A stretch of 64,000 nt of DNA from Candidatus Dadabacteria bacterium (GTDB lineage Bacteria; Desulfobacterota_D; UBA1144; Nemesobacterales; CSP1-2). Below the pieces are notes generated by a model that saw only the letters and a list, made by a program, of their open reading frames with translations, did not search any database and had not been told where the DNA came from. This document shows, piece by piece, positions 22,286 through 34,442 of the stretch. The DNA is taken from NCBI GenBank assembly GCA_963805855.1, contig CAWDVW010000002.1:669154-733153 (forward strand), written 5' to 3'. Each line of letters begins with the position of its first letter. Positions within the stretch are counted from its first letter, which is position 1. The translations under genes and the position numbers were made by a program.

Positions 22286-24247
22286 TTAGTTCATTCCCAA
22301 TATCTGTCTGGCCCTTTTAGCAAACTTGTCACTTAGCCCGCTTCGGAGTGCATTTGCAGCATGCTCTTGAGCCTTAGGTATCTCACCAAAACGGACGTAT
22401 ATCTCAGCCAAATAAAAATGTGCCGATCCATAGGAACCTCTCAATTCTAAAGTCTTATTGAGATATTTCTCCGCTAATTCGAAAGACTGCTCGGCAAGTT
22501 TCAACTCAGAGCTCAGCTCTCCTGTGCTCCTCTCATGACCGCGTTCACTTTTGAGTACATTTTGTAGTATCCTGTCTCCCTTCACAAAATACATATAACC
22601 TAGATTATAATGAGGCCTTATATCGCGTGGATTAAGGTCAATCGCATTCCTAAATGATTTCTCCGCCTTATCATAGTCTCCCAAATCTATATAGACCGCT
22701 CCGATATTATTATAAGCCAGGGCCTTTCCACTTTTAGTGCCAACTTTAAGCGCACTCACATACTCCTGGATAGCTCCCTCCTTTTTACCCGCCCCCCTTA
22801 GCGCATTCCCGTAATTCAGATGGGCGCTATAAATATCCCTTGATTGACTTGTTGCTTTTTTCCAGAGGGATACACTGTCTTTCCAGAAAGATTGTCCACC
22901 TATCGTAAAATAAAAATAAGGTATACATAGGGCTAATCCAACTACCCAGGCAACTTTCTTTACCTGGTATCTCCTACCTCCCTCTACTATAAGATAGCCT
23001 GTGAGCAAACAGAAGCCCGCAGAAGGAATGTATAAGAATCTTTCTGCAAGCGGTGTTAAAGCAATTGGCAAAGCTGCGACCACTGACGGAGGACCAAGAT
23101 TCACGAGAATCCAAATAATGCTGAATGCTGTTATACCGTCACTTTTTCTAAATGACACAACACAGGTAATAATTAAAACCGATATAACAATGGAAGAAAT
23201 GACCGTATAGTATTGAGCCTTTGGGACCGCGGCTATTAAGGGGTTTAATTTAAACGGAAAAACAAGTTTTAAGATATAAAAAAGAAAGGAGTTCAAGAAA
23301 AGATCTGATCTCTCCCATGCTGATGAAATCAAACGAAAAGAGTGCTGCGAAGAATCATTTGCAAAAGCTGACGATATGAAATGTATTCTGCTAATTACGA
23401 TCTCATCTATGCTGAAACCGAGGCTCGAAAAACCGAGGATGTCAGCAATTGTACCCCATCTATAGTACAGATATACAAAAAGCAATCCTCCGTAGAACCC
23501 ATATCGTAACAAATTACTCTGTCTTGAAATCCTGCGACTGGTCAAGTCCAGCCCCAGTGCGACGAACGGGAATGTAATCGCAATTTCTTTCGTCAGTAGT
23601 GAAAGGTAAAAGGTAATCAGAGTTAAAAGCAGGAAAAACAAATTTCTGTATGATAGTAAATGAAAAATAATCGCTGAAAAGAGAAAAATACTACAGATCA
23701 AATCCGCCCTGGCTGCTACGAATGATACGGGTTCTACATGCATTGGATAAATGGCAAATAACAAGGAGGAAAGAAAAGCGGTTGCATCTGTTGCACCTAT
23801 CTTAAATGCTTCGAGGGTCAGGAGAGCAAATAAGTAGAAGAGTACAACCGAAATTGAGTAAGCTATAACATTTGTAAGGTGAAACCCGAATGGGGAAAGC
23901 CCCCAAATCTTGTAATCCATGCCCCACGAGGAATATAGGATTGGACGAAAATGTTTGGGCTCTCTTTCTAACGCCTTGAAGGGATTAAGAATGTTGGAAA
24001 TCATACCCCTGAATGTAAGGCTCTCATGGCTTTTTAACTGTATGTATGAAATATCGTCCCAGACAAATTCATTTCCGAGAGAGGGAGCAAAAACGCCGAA
24101 AGATAAAGCAAATAACAATACTCCAACGATAAACCGATGCCTAACAACATTCGCGAACCTGACCGCAAGACTTTCACGTTCCTTCAGATTCTTGGGACTA
24201 ACCTCTTTCTTTGGTTTGTCCTTCGCTTTCTTTTTCTTCTTACCCAT
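22286..24247 (-). CDS. TMTC-like GT-C membrane glycosyltransferase with C-terminal TPRs
   Basis: FVWDD, HFRP, FHLTNV, HVEPV..RAD, KE, AERFLYIPS, then TPRs (AYNNIGAVY, HYNLG). Confidence 0.8.
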   Translation of the reverse strand: MGKKKKKAKDKPKKEVSPKNLKERESLAVRFANVVRHRFIVGVLLFALSFGVFAPSLGNEFVWDDISYIQLKSHESLTFRGMISNILNPFKALEREPKHFRPILYSSWGMDYKIWGLSPFGFHLTNVIAYSISVVLFYLFALLTLEAFKIGATDATAFLSSLLFAIYPMHVEPVSFVAARADLICSIFLFSAIIFHLLSYRNLFFLLLTLITFYLSLLTKEIAITFPFVALGLDLTSRRISRQSNLLRYGFYGGLLFVYLYYRWGTIADILGFSSLGFSIDEIVISRIHFISSAFANDSSQHSFRLISSAWERSDLFLNSFLFYILKLVFPFKLNPLIAAVPKAQYYTVISSIVISVLIITCVVSFRKSDGITAFSIIWILVNLGPPSVVAALPIALTPLAERFLYIPSAGFCLLTGYLIVEGGRRYQVKKVAWVVGLALCIPYFYFTIGGQSFWKDSVSLWKKATSQSRDIYSAHLNYGNALRGAGKKEGAIQEYVSALKVGTKSGKALAYNNIGAVYIDLGDYDKAEKSFRNAIDLNPRDIRPHYNLGYMYFVKGDRILQNVLKSERGHERSTGELSSELKLAEQSFELAEKYLNKTLELRGSYGSAHFYLAEIYVRFGEIPKAQEHAANALRSGLSDKFAKRARQILGMN

Positions 24248-24494
24248 GGAGATTTTTATGCTTTATCTATCGGACCTTGATAGAGCATGCCATTACTTTA
24301 TTTCAGGCCAAGTATCTCTATTCTAGAGTTCATCCCTGGAGATTATTTAGTATCAAATATACCTACTCATTATCCTAAGACATAAGATTGCCTCCCTATT
24401 TTATACACAATAACTCTATTTCCTTGAAGATTCACTTATTACCGAGTTGAAAATAATCCAATTATGTATAGTCTTAATAAGAATAATTGAAGCG

Positions 24495-24935
24495 ATGAAA
24501 AGATACATAGCGATCCTCATCTGTACTTATTTAGCAATGTTACAAGTTACACTAGCGGGAGAGTGGAAACAGGTAGGAACCAGCGAGAATAAGGATGTTT
24601 GGTATATAGACATAGACAGCATATCGAAAGTTGAAGACGTAAGAACATTCTGGGCGAAAATAGACCACAATGCGCCTCAAGACTATGATGGCAAGACTTA
24701 TCAAAAAACGCAGACTAAGGTAAGTATAAATTGCTCCAAGCAAACCTATGATATCCTGGGTATAGCGCGTGTGGACTCCAAAGGTGCGGTTTTTTCATAT
24801 GATGATCTTACGGATAAGGATTCGAATAAAGATAGACCCATTGTCAAAAGTAGTGTATTCGATTTTATCAGTCAATACGTTTGTCGTGATGAGCAAGGTG
24901 GTGAGCCAGATATTAAGCAAGCGAAACCGAATTAA
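24495..24935 (+). CDS. Secreted protein, surface-adhesin E-like
   Basis: Signal peptide; W..WYIDIDSI..FWAK..INCSKQ..C pattern. Confidence 0.55.
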   Translation: MKRYIAILICTYLAMLQVTLAGEWKQVGTSENKDVWYIDIDSISKVEDVRTFWAKIDHNAPQDYDGKTYQKTQTKVSINCSKQTYDILGIARVDSKGAVFSYDDLTDKDSNKDRPIVKSSVFDFISQYVCRDEQGGEPDIKQAKPN

Positions 24936-25167
24936 CTTGATTACATGTCTTTTGCTCCCCTTAAGTTAACCGATTAAAAACGGGACATAATCTTCATCGG
25001 CAATACTAATCTAGCCTAATTTTTAGGATAGAACTCGAAACAGTTGTGTCATACAATACCAAGTATTCTACACCATTACCTAAATTTAAAAAATCCAATA
25101 TCGATTCCTAAGAATCAACCGAATGTGGTAACTTATATAGCTACACGAAATTTGAAGGAGAATTAAG

Positions 25168-26250
25168 GTGCCTAAAATACTGGTTCTACCGGGGGACGGG
25201 GTTGGAATCGAGGTTACCGATGTAAGTCTCGCGATTCTAAAAGGAATCGGGGATAAATATGATATTCAGTTTACTGTTGAGAAGGAATTATTCGGTGGAA
25301 GCTCGATAGATGCCCATGGTATCCCTGTTACCGATGAGGTTTTGAACAAAGCTAAGTCGTCGGATGCGGTGCTCCTGGGAGCGGTCGGCGGTCCAAATTG
25401 GGACAAGCTCGAATACGAAATAAGACCAGAAAAGGGACTCCTTGCCCTAAGGAAAGAGCTTGACACTTACGCAAACCTAAGACCCGCTGTTGTCTACCAA
25501 TCCCTTATGGACGCTTCTACACTAAAAAAAGAGGTTATCGATGGAGTTGATATCATGGTGATAAGGGAGCTTACGGGTGGCATTTACTTTGGGACCCCCC
25601 GCGGAATCGAAAAACTACAAAACGGGAATGAGAGGGGGGTCAACACACTCCTATACACAACATCCGAGATTGAAAGGGTAGCCAGAATAGCATTTCAGAT
25701 CGCGGTCAAAAGGAGAAAAAAGGTTACATCTGTTGATAAGGCCAATGTGCTCGAGGTGATGGAGCTCTGGAGAAAATGCGTATCCAGGATCGGAAGTGAC
25801 GAGTTCCCAGAAATAGAACTCGAGCATCTCTACGTCGATAATGCAGCCATGCAGCTCATCCGTAGACCGAAGAGTTTTGATGTGATTCTCGCGGATAACA
25901 TGTTTGGCGACATCATCAGTGATGAGGCCGCACAGCTTACAGGCTCTTTAGGAATGCTCCCGTCAGCAAGTATCGGAGCTACCGGGGCAATTTATGAGCC
26001 AGTGCACGGGAGTGCGCCAGACATTGCCGGGAAAGATATTGCAAACCCTATTGCATCGGTCCTGTCCCTGGCAATGCTATTCAGGTTTTCACTCAATCTG
26101 GACAAGGCGGCAGATGATGTAGAAGAAGCTATCAAAAACGTCCTTCAGCGTGGTTACAGAACGGCCGACATCTTCGAGCATGGCACTACCAAGGTAGGAT
26201 GCAGGGAGATGGGAAACATAATATTGGAGGAAATCTATAATTCACAGTAG
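25168..26250 (+). CDS. leuB: 3-isopropylmalate dehydrogenase
   Basis: LPGDGVG, LLGAVGGP, RELTGGIYFG, VDKANV, NMFGDIISDEA, EPVHGSAPDIAG. Confidence 0.97.
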   Translation: MPKILVLPGDGVGIEVTDVSLAILKGIGDKYDIQFTVEKELFGGSSIDAHGIPVTDEVLNKAKSSDAVLLGAVGGPNWDKLEYEIRPEKGLLALRKELDTYANLRPAVVYQSLMDASTLKKEVIDGVDIMVIRELTGGIYFGTPRGIEKLQNGNERGVNTLLYTTSEIERVARIAFQIAVKRRKKVTSVDKANVLEVMELWRKCVSRIGSDEFPEIELEHLYVDNAAMQLIRRPKSFDVILADNMFGDIISDEAAQLTGSLGMLPSASIGATGAIYEPVHGSAPDIAGKDIANPIASVLSLAMLFRFSLNLDKAADDVEEAIKNVLQRGYRTADIFEHGTTKVGCREMGNIILEEIYNSQ

Positions 26251-26265
26251 CTTTGATTAAACTTA

Positions 26266-29200
26266 TTGGTTGTGAATTCGACACAAAGAACAGAAATAAG
26301 CGATTTATTCGACAGCTTAAAAAATTCCGAAATCTGTAAACAGATTACTGACAAAATAGAGGCAGGCGTGCGCCGCCTCACCCTGACTGGGCTTACCGGT
26401 TCATCGCGGTCCTATATGATTTCGGCATTAGCTCAACTGCTCAATATGCCTGTTTTCTACATAACCGACTCAGCCGAAAGGTCAGTTGAGGCACAGGCAG
26501 AAATCTCATTTTTTAGCGGACAAAGACCGCCGCTCCTCAAAAAAAAGGAATTAGAGTTAAACGAATCGATCTTCTCATCGGTATCCAAGGAAACCTCAGC
26601 CCGTTTAGAATGGTTATACCTTGCGAGAGTGAATAAAATACTCATAGCCGAGGCGCCCGCGGTTCTCGAGCGGGTGATTCCGATGAAGGTATTTGATGAC
26701 TCGGTCATATCCATAAAAACTGGAGATAATGTGTCAAGGAGTGAATTTATTTCCAGGCTTGTAGAGATGGGTTATGTACAGACAGAGTTCGTACAGAACT
26801 ACGGAGAATTAAGCACAAGAGGATCGATCATCGACGTTTTTTCGCCTGCGACCCCTAATCCGATAAGGTTAGAACTCCTTGGAGATGAGATAATCTCTAT
26901 CAGATATTTTGGAACGTCTGACCAGAGGTTCGTAGAAAAAACCGAAAGTGCCATAATTTTACCGGCAAGCGAAGTCATTCTAAGCAAGGATGCGATAAGC
27001 CGATCGATCTGCTATATTAAAAAGAAAGCCAAAGATCATGAGATACCAACCTCGACTAAGCTCTCACTGATGAATGACATAGAGCGAGGCAAGAGGGTCC
27101 CCTGGGTCGACATGCTACTACCATCGTTCTACCCTAATCTCGGAAAAGTCTTCGACTATATTCTCCCAGAAACACTCATAATTTTAGATCCGGCTGATGA
27201 TATATTCAAGTCTCTTGCTTCATATGCTGACTCATTACTCAGAATCAGCGGAAATCAAGGAAATAGTAACAAAATCGTACCGGGTATAGACGAGCTTCGT
27301 CTCGAAGATGATAGGTTTGGAGAAGAAATTTCAAGGTTTCAAACAATTCAAGTCGAAGACTTATGGCTGAATGCGGAAGAAACCGAAGGCATTAATCTAC
27401 ATACCGAACCCATTAACATTAAAAGACAAAAAAACCTCGATTCCCCTTTCGAAGCCCTTGCCAATGAGATAGTCGAAGCAGAAAAGATAGGCTGCTCGGC
27501 ACATATCATCATTAGCAACGATGTAACTAGAGAATTGGTAATCGAAGCGCTGGGAAGGCGTTCGATAAACAACTTCGATACGCATGTTGGCCACCTTTCT
27601 TGTGGATTTATATTTCCCGCAGCTAATCAAATGATAATCGGAGAAAAAGATATATTCGAAGATGGCAAGAGAATACGTCCCCGAAAGATAAAGGATATAC
27701 CTTCGGCCTTCTTAACATCATTCAGCGAGCTCAAACCTGGCGATTTCATCGTGCATATGGATTTCGGAATCGGCATCTACGGAGGCCTTAAGAGATTAAG
27801 ATTCGGTAACATGGAAGGCGACTTCCTGCAATGCGAATACCAGGGAGGCGATAAAATATATGTGCCGGTCGATAAGCTCAAGCTCGTACAGAGGTATATC
27901 GGCGAGAGGAAGAACCCGAGGATCGACAAACTCGGACATCAGAACTGGAAAAGGGTGGTAACACGGGTCAAGAAAGCGGTTGAGAACATAGCAAAGGAGC
28001 TTCTGGAGCTCTACGCCCTAAGAAAAGCAGAAAGCGGTTTTCAGTTTTCGAAAAGAGATGACCTATTCAAGCAGTTCGAGTTCGAATTCCCGTATGAAGA
28101 AACAGTAGACCAAGACTCTGCCATTGAAGACGTAATGAGCGATATGGAATCGCAAACACCGATGGACAGGCTGATTTGCGGCGATGTTGGTTTTGGAAAA
28201 ACAGAGGTAGCTATAAGAGCTGCCTTCAAGGCGGTGATGGACGGAAAGCAGGTTGCCTTCCTTGTGCCAACAACTCTCCTGGCATACCAGCATTATCTGA
28301 CGTCGGTTGAGCGTTTAAAACAATATCCCGTGATAATAGAGACGCTATCAAGATTTAAATCGCAAAAGAAAGAGAAAGAAATACTAGAGGCACTTAAAGA
28401 AGGCAACATCGATATAATCATCGGAACTCATAAGCTCCTGGGAAATAAGATTCAATTCAGGGACCTGGGACTATTGATAATCGACGAAGAGCACAAGTTT
28501 GGGGTATCGCAAAAAGAAAAACTCAGGAAAATTAAAAAGGGCATAGATGTATTGTCACTTAGTGCTACCCCGATTCCACGCACACTTCAACTATCACTGG
28601 CCGGGATCAGGGACATAAGCCTAATAAACACCCCGCCTGAAGGAAGGCAGGCCATCGAAACATATGTACTTCGATTCAGTCGAGACTTAATAAGAAAAGC
28701 AATCTTAAAAGAAATCGATCGGGGAGGCTCGATATTCTTCATCCATAACAGAATAGAGGATATCTACAAGACTGCCGAAGAGTTAAAGAAAACCGTACCA
28801 GAGGCAAGAATCGAGGTGACACACGGAAGGATGCACGAGAAACAACTCGAAGATAGTATCGATAAGTTTTCTCATGGTGAAATAGATGTACTGGTAACTA
28901 CAGCGATAGTTGAATCCGGACTTGACATACGAAGAGCTAACACAATGATCATAGACAATTCCCATAAATTCGGACTCGCAGACCTGTATCAACTACGTGG
29001 AAGGGTGGGCAGGTCGGACAAGAAGGCTTTGGCCTATTTTCTGGTCCCAACCACAGGCTCACTAACCGCGGAATCCAGGAGACGCCTAAAGGCAATTACC
29101 GAACTCAATGAGCTTGGCTCGGGATATAGACTTGCTTTGTCAGACCTTGAGATAAGAGGCGCCGGGAATATCTTCGGCACGGAACAGTCGGGGCATATCG

Positions 29201-29715
29201 CCGATGTCGGACTCGAGCTATACCTTGAGATGCTCGATGAATCGATTAGGAAATTAAAAAGGGAAGAAAGATTCGTCGAATATGAACCCGAAATCAAGTT
29301 TAATTTCTCAGCCTTTATTCCAGATGATTATATCCGAGACTCCACTGAGAGGCTGTTATTTTATAAAAAGCTATCAGCAGTTTCATCAGAAGATGAACTA
29401 TATTCAATAAGGGAGGAACTAACAGACAGATTTGGGAAAATCCCAGAGCCCGGTTTGAACCTGCTGAACATAGTAGAATTGAAGATATTAATGAAAGAAC
29501 TGCAAATCGGGAAAATGGAGATCAAAGACGGTGATACAATAATTGACTTTCGTGAAAACTCCCCTCTGCTCAGTAGATTTAAGCCAGCCGGCAGGTTGAG
29601 GATTATCAAAAGCAATGGAAACCGATTTATAGAAATTAAGAAGAGGCTGAGGGAATTGACCAACGTTATGAATGCGAAAAAGAGGCAAAAGCGGAGAAGT
29701 TATCCCCATCTATAA
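26266..29715 (+). CDS. mfd: Transcription-repair coupling factor
   Basis: RGSIIDVF, GDFIVH..GIG, GDVGFGKT, DEEH, SATPIPRTL, QLRGRVGR, TRCF C-terminal domain. Confidence 0.97.
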   Translation: MVVNSTQRTEISDLFDSLKNSEICKQITDKIEAGVRRLTLTGLTGSSRSYMISALAQLLNMPVFYITDSAERSVEAQAEISFFSGQRPPLLKKKELELNESIFSSVSKETSARLEWLYLARVNKILIAEAPAVLERVIPMKVFDDSVISIKTGDNVSRSEFISRLVEMGYVQTEFVQNYGELSTRGSIIDVFSPATPNPIRLELLGDEIISIRYFGTSDQRFVEKTESAIILPASEVILSKDAISRSICYIKKKAKDHEIPTSTKLSLMNDIERGKRVPWVDMLLPSFYPNLGKVFDYILPETLIILDPADDIFKSLASYADSLLRISGNQGNSNKIVPGIDELRLEDDRFGEEISRFQTIQVEDLWLNAEETEGINLHTEPINIKRQKNLDSPFEALANEIVEAEKIGCSAHIIISNDVTRELVIEALGRRSINNFDTHVGHLSCGFIFPAANQMIIGEKDIFEDGKRIRPRKIKDIPSAFLTSFSELKPGDFIVHMDFGIGIYGGLKRLRFGNMEGDFLQCEYQGGDKIYVPVDKLKLVQRYIGERKNPRIDKLGHQNWKRVVTRVKKAVENIAKELLELYALRKAESGFQFSKRDDLFKQFEFEFPYEETVDQDSAIEDVMSDMESQTPMDRLICGDVGFGKTEVAIRAAFKAVMDGKQVAFLVPTTLLAYQHYLTSVERLKQYPVIIETLSRFKSQKKEKEILEALKEGNIDIIIGTHKLLGNKIQFRDLGLLIIDEEHKFGVSQKEKLRKIKKGIDVLSLSATPIPRTLQLSLAGIRDISLINTPPEGRQAIETYVLRFSRDLIRKAILKEIDRGGSIFFIHNRIEDIYKTAEELKKTVPEARIEVTHGRMHEKQLEDSIDKFSHGEIDVLVTTAIVESGLDIRRANTMIIDNSHKFGLADLYQLRGRVGRSDKKALAYFLVPTTGSLTAESRRRLKAITELNELGSGYRLALSDLEIRGAGNIFGTEQSGHIADVGLELYLEMLDESIRKLKREERFVEYEPEIKFNFSAFIPDDYIRDSTERLLFYKKLSAVSSEDELYSIREELTDRFGKIPEPGLNLLNIVELKILMKELQIGKMEIKDGDTIIDFRENSPLLSRFKPAGRLRIIKSNGNRFIEIKKRLRELTNVMNAKKRQKRRSYPHL

Positions 29716-29745
29716 TAGGCGCATCTTCAACATGTTTAAATTTCG

Positions 29746-29845
29746 TGACAAGAATGTCCCGACTATCCATAGGAAAGATTATTGTTATCAACAACGATAG
29801 GCGGGGTTTTCCAACCCCGCATCGATCAAACATTGGTTTGGAAAC
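29746..29845. repeat. GATAG-type REP pair
   Basis: GACAAGAATGTCCCGACTATC ... GATAGGCGGGGTTTTCCAACCCCGC. Confidence 0.85.
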
Positions 29846-30021
29846 CATAATGATTTGTAAGCACAATTATTTATCGGCAAGCTATTCTAATGGTATTATG
29901 TTATCTTAAATGAGGTTATTTTTCACGCAACAAATTTAGACTTTTTTGGTCTGGTAATTTATTTTAAGCAGAATATAGTATATTTCTATTTTATAAATTA
30001 GTCTCAGGAGAGTATAAGAAA

Positions 30022-30960
30022 GTGAAGAGAATGGAATTTTCATCTTTATACATCGGTATCTTTACACTCTTATTCTTAACCTTTGTAAATATATCTTGGG
30101 CCAGAGACGTTATAGATGGAGTTATAGCAATCGTAAACGATGACGTGATTACACTTTCCGAATTTGAGAAAAAGCTTCCGAATCAGAACGTAAAAGTTAC
30201 CCCGCAACAAGAAAAAACGATTTTAGATCAGATGATAGAACAAAAGCTGTTGGAACAAGAAGCAGAGAAGCTGGGAATAAAGGTTTCGGAAAGCGAAGTA
30301 GATCAGGGCATCCAGAGCGTAATAGGAAAATTCAACCTGAGCGATGAGCAAATGAAGGAGGTATTGGCTAAGGAAAACCTTACACCCGAACAGTTCAGAG
30401 AACAGTGGAGGCTACAGATACTAAGCCAGAAGGTGATTGGGGCTAAACTCCAGGGGCAACTAGCAGTTACGGACGATGAGATTGAAGAATACTATAAGGC
30501 GAACTATGGGACCGATGAAAGGGTAGATCAGGTAAAAATAGCGCATATCTTGATAACTCCAGACGCAGCGGGTGGAGACGAGCAGGCAAAACAGCGAGCA
30601 GAAGAGGTTGCAGAACTGGCCAAGTCCGGAGAAGACTTTGGAAAGTTGGCAAGAGAGTATTCTAACGACACTATATCATCGGTTAAAGGTGGTGAACTCG
30701 GATACTTCCGGAGGGGAGACCTCGTAGAATCCCTTGAAAATGCTGCTTATTCCACTCCGGTCGGAGAGATATCAGGGCCGGTCGAGTCTCCGGCAGGCTA
30801 TCATATCGTAAAGGTTCTGGACAAAAAAACGAACGAGGGCACCCTTGACGACTATAGAGAAGAAATTAAGGAAAAGCTGTATAAAGAAAAAGCGCAGGAA
30901 GAACTGAGCGCATGGATAGACGAAGTAAAAAGTTCTGCTTACATTGATCTAAGGATTTAA
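30022..30960 (+). CDS. SurA-like peptidylprolyl isomerase
   Basis: [16 protein letters not shown] SurA N-domain; [26 protein letters not shown] parvulin; follows mfd. Confidence 0.9.
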   Translation: MKRMEFSSLYIGIFTLLFLTFVNISWARDVIDGVIAIVNDDVITLSEFEKKLPNQNVKVTPQQEKTILDQMIEQKLLEQEAEKLGIKVSESEVDQGIQSVIGKFNLSDEQMKEVLAKENLTPEQFREQWRLQILSQKVIGAKLQGQLAVTDDEIEEYYKANYGTDERVDQVKIAHILITPDAAGGDEQAKQRAEEVAELAKSGEDFGKLAREYSNDTISSVKGGELGYFRRGDLVESLENAAYSTPVGEISGPVESPAGYHIVKVLDKKTNEGTLDDYREEIKEKLYKEKAQEELSAWIDEVKSSAYIDLRI

Positions 30961-33914
30961 CTCCCCTTTTTACCGAAGGCATCGATTGGCGGGCATACAC
31001 ACACAAGATTCTTATCCCCGTAAGGATTATTAATCCTTCCAACCGGCGGCCAGAATTTATTGATTTTTACATAGGGTAGTGGGTAGACAGCCTTTTCCCT
31101 GGTATAGGGGTGGCTCCATTTATCCGAGAGCACTTCTTCGGCTGTATGAGGCGAGTTTTTCAATACATTATCCTTAGAGTCTGCGGTTCCGGAAGATATC
31201 TCCTTAGCCTCATGATAGATCGCGATAAGGGCATCGCAAAAGCGATCCAGTTCACCTTTCCCCTCACTTTCAGTCGGTTCAATCATCATCGTCCCGGGAA
31301 CAGGCCACGATATGGTAGGCGCATGGAAACCATAATCCATGAGCCTCTTAGCCACATCTTCGACTTCAATACCAAAGCTAGTTTTCAATGGTCGTAGATC
31401 CAATATGAATTCATGTGCTACCCTTCCATGAGTCCCATCATATAACACCCTATAATATCTTTCCAATCTAGATTTAAGATAATTGGCATTCAAGATCGCA
31501 ACCTTGGACGCGTCTGTAACACCCTTGGAGCCAAGCATCTTAATGTATCCATAAGATATCAGAAGAATACATCCACTCCCCCAAGGAGCGGAAGCTACCG
31601 CAGTGATCGATTTCCCACCGCCAACGGGTACCAGCGGGTGACCCGGAAGATATGGTGATAAATGCTCGGCTGCGCATATTGGGCCCATTCCCGGCCCTCC
31701 ACCTCCGTGCGGGATGCTGAAAGTCTTATGTAAATTCAAATGACAGATATCGGCCCCTATCGTTGAAGGACTTGTAAGCCCTACCTGTGCGTTCATGTTG
31801 GCGCCATCCATATATACCTGTCCACCGTTTTCGTGGATTAATGAGCAAATGTCCGTGATGTTTTCTTCGAAGACTCCATGGGTTGACGGATATGTAATCA
31901 TGATAGCAGCCAGATTATCCCTATGTTCGGACACCTTATTTATTAAGTCCCCAAAATCAATATTGCCCTCTCCATCGCAGGAAACAACCACTACATTCAT
32001 TCCTGAAAGAACCGCACTCGCGGGGTTAGTACCGTGCGCTGAGGCTGGTACTAAGACGATATTACGATGCCCCTCGCCTACATCCTGATAATAGGCTCGA
32101 ATAACCATGAGACCAGTATACTCTCCCTGTGCACCGGAATTAGGCTGTAGCGACACAGAGGGAAATCCCGTTATTTCACTTAAAAACCTCTCTAGCTCCT
32201 TAATTATCTCAGCGTAACCCTGGGTCTGGTCTAATGGAACGAATGGATGCAGTCTTGAGAATTCTGGCCAGCTAATCGGTATCATTTCTGAAGTTGCGTT
32301 CAGCTTCATCGTACAGGAGCCAAGCGGTATCATCGATGTTGTCAGAGAAAGATCTCGACTCTCCAAAGTCTTTATATATCTGAGAATCTTGGTCTCAGAA
32401 TGGTAACTGTTAAATACCGGATGGGTTAAGAAATCGCTCTTCCGTGCTAATTCACCAGTGTAAAAGACTTCACCTGAATCATAAGATACTTCGACTGCTG
32501 ACCCTCCATATTTTACTCCCCTAGCGCCAGCGAATATATTGACTATCCGTATTATATCCTCTATACCAACCGTCTCATCTAATGATATGCCGATAAACCT
32601 ACCGCTTATGTATCTAAAATTCATCTGAGCCTTTCTGGCTAGTGACTCGAACTTTTTTCGAATACGGTAAGAGGACTCACCAAGATCGACTTTCAAGGTG
32701 TCGAAATAATATCTATTTGTCTGAGTGTAACCCAATTTATTTAATTCGAATTCCAGTATCCTTGTTAATCTATGAACCCTTTTCGCAATTGATCTCAAGC
32801 CATCTGGTCCGTGATAAACGGCATACATGCCTGACATTATCGCAGGAAGCGATTGAGCGGTACAAATATTTGAGGTGGCCTTTTCCCTTCTTATGTGCTG
32901 CTCTCGGGTTTGCAGCGCCATTCTAAAAGCCGTATTTCCATGCCTATCGATCGACGCACCAATTATTCGGCCAGGAATCTGTCGTTTGTATTTATCCCTG
33001 GTGGCAAAATAAGCTGCGTGTGGCCCGCCGTATCCCAAAGGCACACCAAACCTCTGAGTTGAACCTACGACAACATCAGCACCTATATCTCCCGGCGGTT
33101 TGATGAGTGCAAGAGAAAGCAAATCTGCAGCAATAGCAACCATTGCCCGTGAATCATGGGCATAGCGAATGAAATTGGAATAATCGAGGACTTCTCCATC
33201 TGCATTAGGGTATTGTAGCAAGGCGCCGAATACTCCGCCGTCAAACTCAAATTTCACGTGGTCACCTATAATCAGTCGTATCCCTAAAGGCTCAGCCCGG
33301 GTTCTTAATACGTCTACAGTCTGGGGGAGACATCGTTCCGAAACAAAGAACCCATTTGCCCCTCCTCTTACCTTACCTTCTTCCCTGATCCTAAAGAGCA
33401 TCGTCATTGCTTCCGCGGCTGCGGTTCCTTCATCAAGGAGGGAAGCATTAGCGATTTCCATACCTGTCAAGTCTATTACCATCGTCTGGAAATTGATTAA
33501 TGCCTCGAGGCGGCCCTGAGATATCTCCGCCTGATATGGAGTGTATTGAGTATACCAACCGGGATTTTCTAGGATATTCCTCTGAATCACACCCGGTGTT
33601 ACACAATCGTAATAGCCCAATCCGATGAATGACTTAAAAACCTTATTCTTTAAAGCCACCTTCCTCAACCCTTCCAGGTAGTGATACTCAGTTGATGGGG
33701 AAGTTAATTCCAAAGGCTTTTTTAGACGGATGGAGATCGGGATCGTCTCGTCCATCAGTTGATCTAAAGAAGTTACACCCAAAACCGTGAGCATTTCCTG
33801 TAATTCACGCTCGTCGGGACCGATATGTCTCCTCGAAAAGTGATCATGGGAATCCAACTCTGTCGGCGGAGAATTGTTTTTAAGATACGCCAAGTTATCT
33901 TGCTTATGTTTCAT
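30957..33914 (-). CDS. gcvP: Glycine dehydrogenase (decarboxylating), P protein
   Basis: [55 protein letters not shown]. Confidence 0.97.
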   Translation of the reverse strand: MKHKQDNLAYLKNNSPPTELDSHDHFSRRHIGPDERELQEMLTVLGVTSLDQLMDETIPISIRLKKPLELTSPSTEYHYLEGLRKVALKNKVFKSFIGLGYYDCVTPGVIQRNILENPGWYTQYTPYQAEISQGRLEALINFQTMVIDLTGMEIANASLLDEGTAAAEAMTMLFRIREEGKVRGGANGFFVSERCLPQTVDVLRTRAEPLGIRLIIGDHVKFEFDGGVFGALLQYPNADGEVLDYSNFIRYAHDSRAMVAIAADLLSLALIKPPGDIGADVVVGSTQRFGVPLGYGGPHAAYFATRDKYKRQIPGRIIGASIDRHGNTAFRMALQTREQHIRREKATSNICTAQSLPAIMSGMYAVYHGPDGLRSIAKRVHRLTRILEFELNKLGYTQTNRYYFDTLKVDLGESSYRIRKKFESLARKAQMNFRYISGRFIGISLDETVGIEDIIRIVNIFAGARGVKYGGSAVEVSYDSGEVFYTGELARKSDFLTHPVFNSYHSETKILRYIKTLESRDLSLTTSMIPLGSCTMKLNATSEMIPISWPEFSRLHPFVPLDQTQGYAEIIKELERFLSEITGFPSVSLQPNSGAQGEYTGLMVIRAYYQDVGEGHRNIVLVPASAHGTNPASAVLSGMNVVVVSCDGEGNIDFGDLINKVSEHRDNLAAIMITYPSTHGVFEENITDICSLIHENGGQVYMDGANMNAQVGLTSPSTIGADICHLNLHKTFSIPHGGGGPGMGPICAAEHLSPYLPGHPLVPVGGGKSITAVASAPWGSGCILLISYGYIKMLGSKGVTDASKVAILNANYLKSRLERYYRVLYDGTHGRVAHEFILDLRPLKTSFGIEVEDVAKRLMDYGFHAPTISWPVPGTMMIEPTESEGKGELDRFCDALIAIYHEAKEISSGTADSKDNVLKNSPHTAEEVLSDKWSHPYTREKAVYPLPYVKINKFWPPVGRINNPYGDKNLVCVCPPIDAFGKKGS

Positions 33915-34046
33915 TGACAATAAAGCTGAGCCGCTTGAATAAATCTGTGGCAGACAAGACAATAAATAATCAAGCTGACTTTATTAGGAGCGTTTTCACA
34001 TTGTTAGCCTTAGGGAATTCGAGCATTTTTTAGATACACTAATTTC

Positions 34047-34442
34047 CTATTTTCCTGTTTCCTTTTCAATAAATTCGGAATATTGCTCGCCATCCATTAG
34101 CTCGTCGTACTCATCGGAGTCATGTATCCTCACCTTTATCAACCAGCCGTCTCCGTACGGATCTTCATTTATGGTTTCTGGTGAATCAAGCAGAGATTCA
34201 TTGACCTCAACGACCTCACCGCTGACCGGAGCATAAAGGTCAGAAACAGACTTTGTCGATTCAACGCCACCAAACGAATCTCCCTTTGTAATTTCATCAC
34301 CCTCGCTCGGCAGTTCTATATAAACGATCTCACCGAGAGCATCCTGCGCATAATCGGTTATACCTATAACTACCAATTCATCCTCAACCTTAGCCCACTC
34401 ATGCTCATCTGTATATTTCAATTCTTCTGGAATCTCAATCAT
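34047..34442 (-). CDS. gcvH: Glycine cleavage system H protein
   Basis: HEW, GITDYAQDALG, VESTKSVSD lipoyl-Lys, DPYGDGW. Confidence 0.97.
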   Translation of the reverse strand: MIEIPEELKYTDEHEWAKVEDELVVIGITDYAQDALGEIVYIELPSEGDEITKGDSFGGVESTKSVSDLYAPVSGEVVEVNESLLDSPETINEDPYGDGWLIKVRIHDSDEYDELMDGEQYSEFIEKETGK

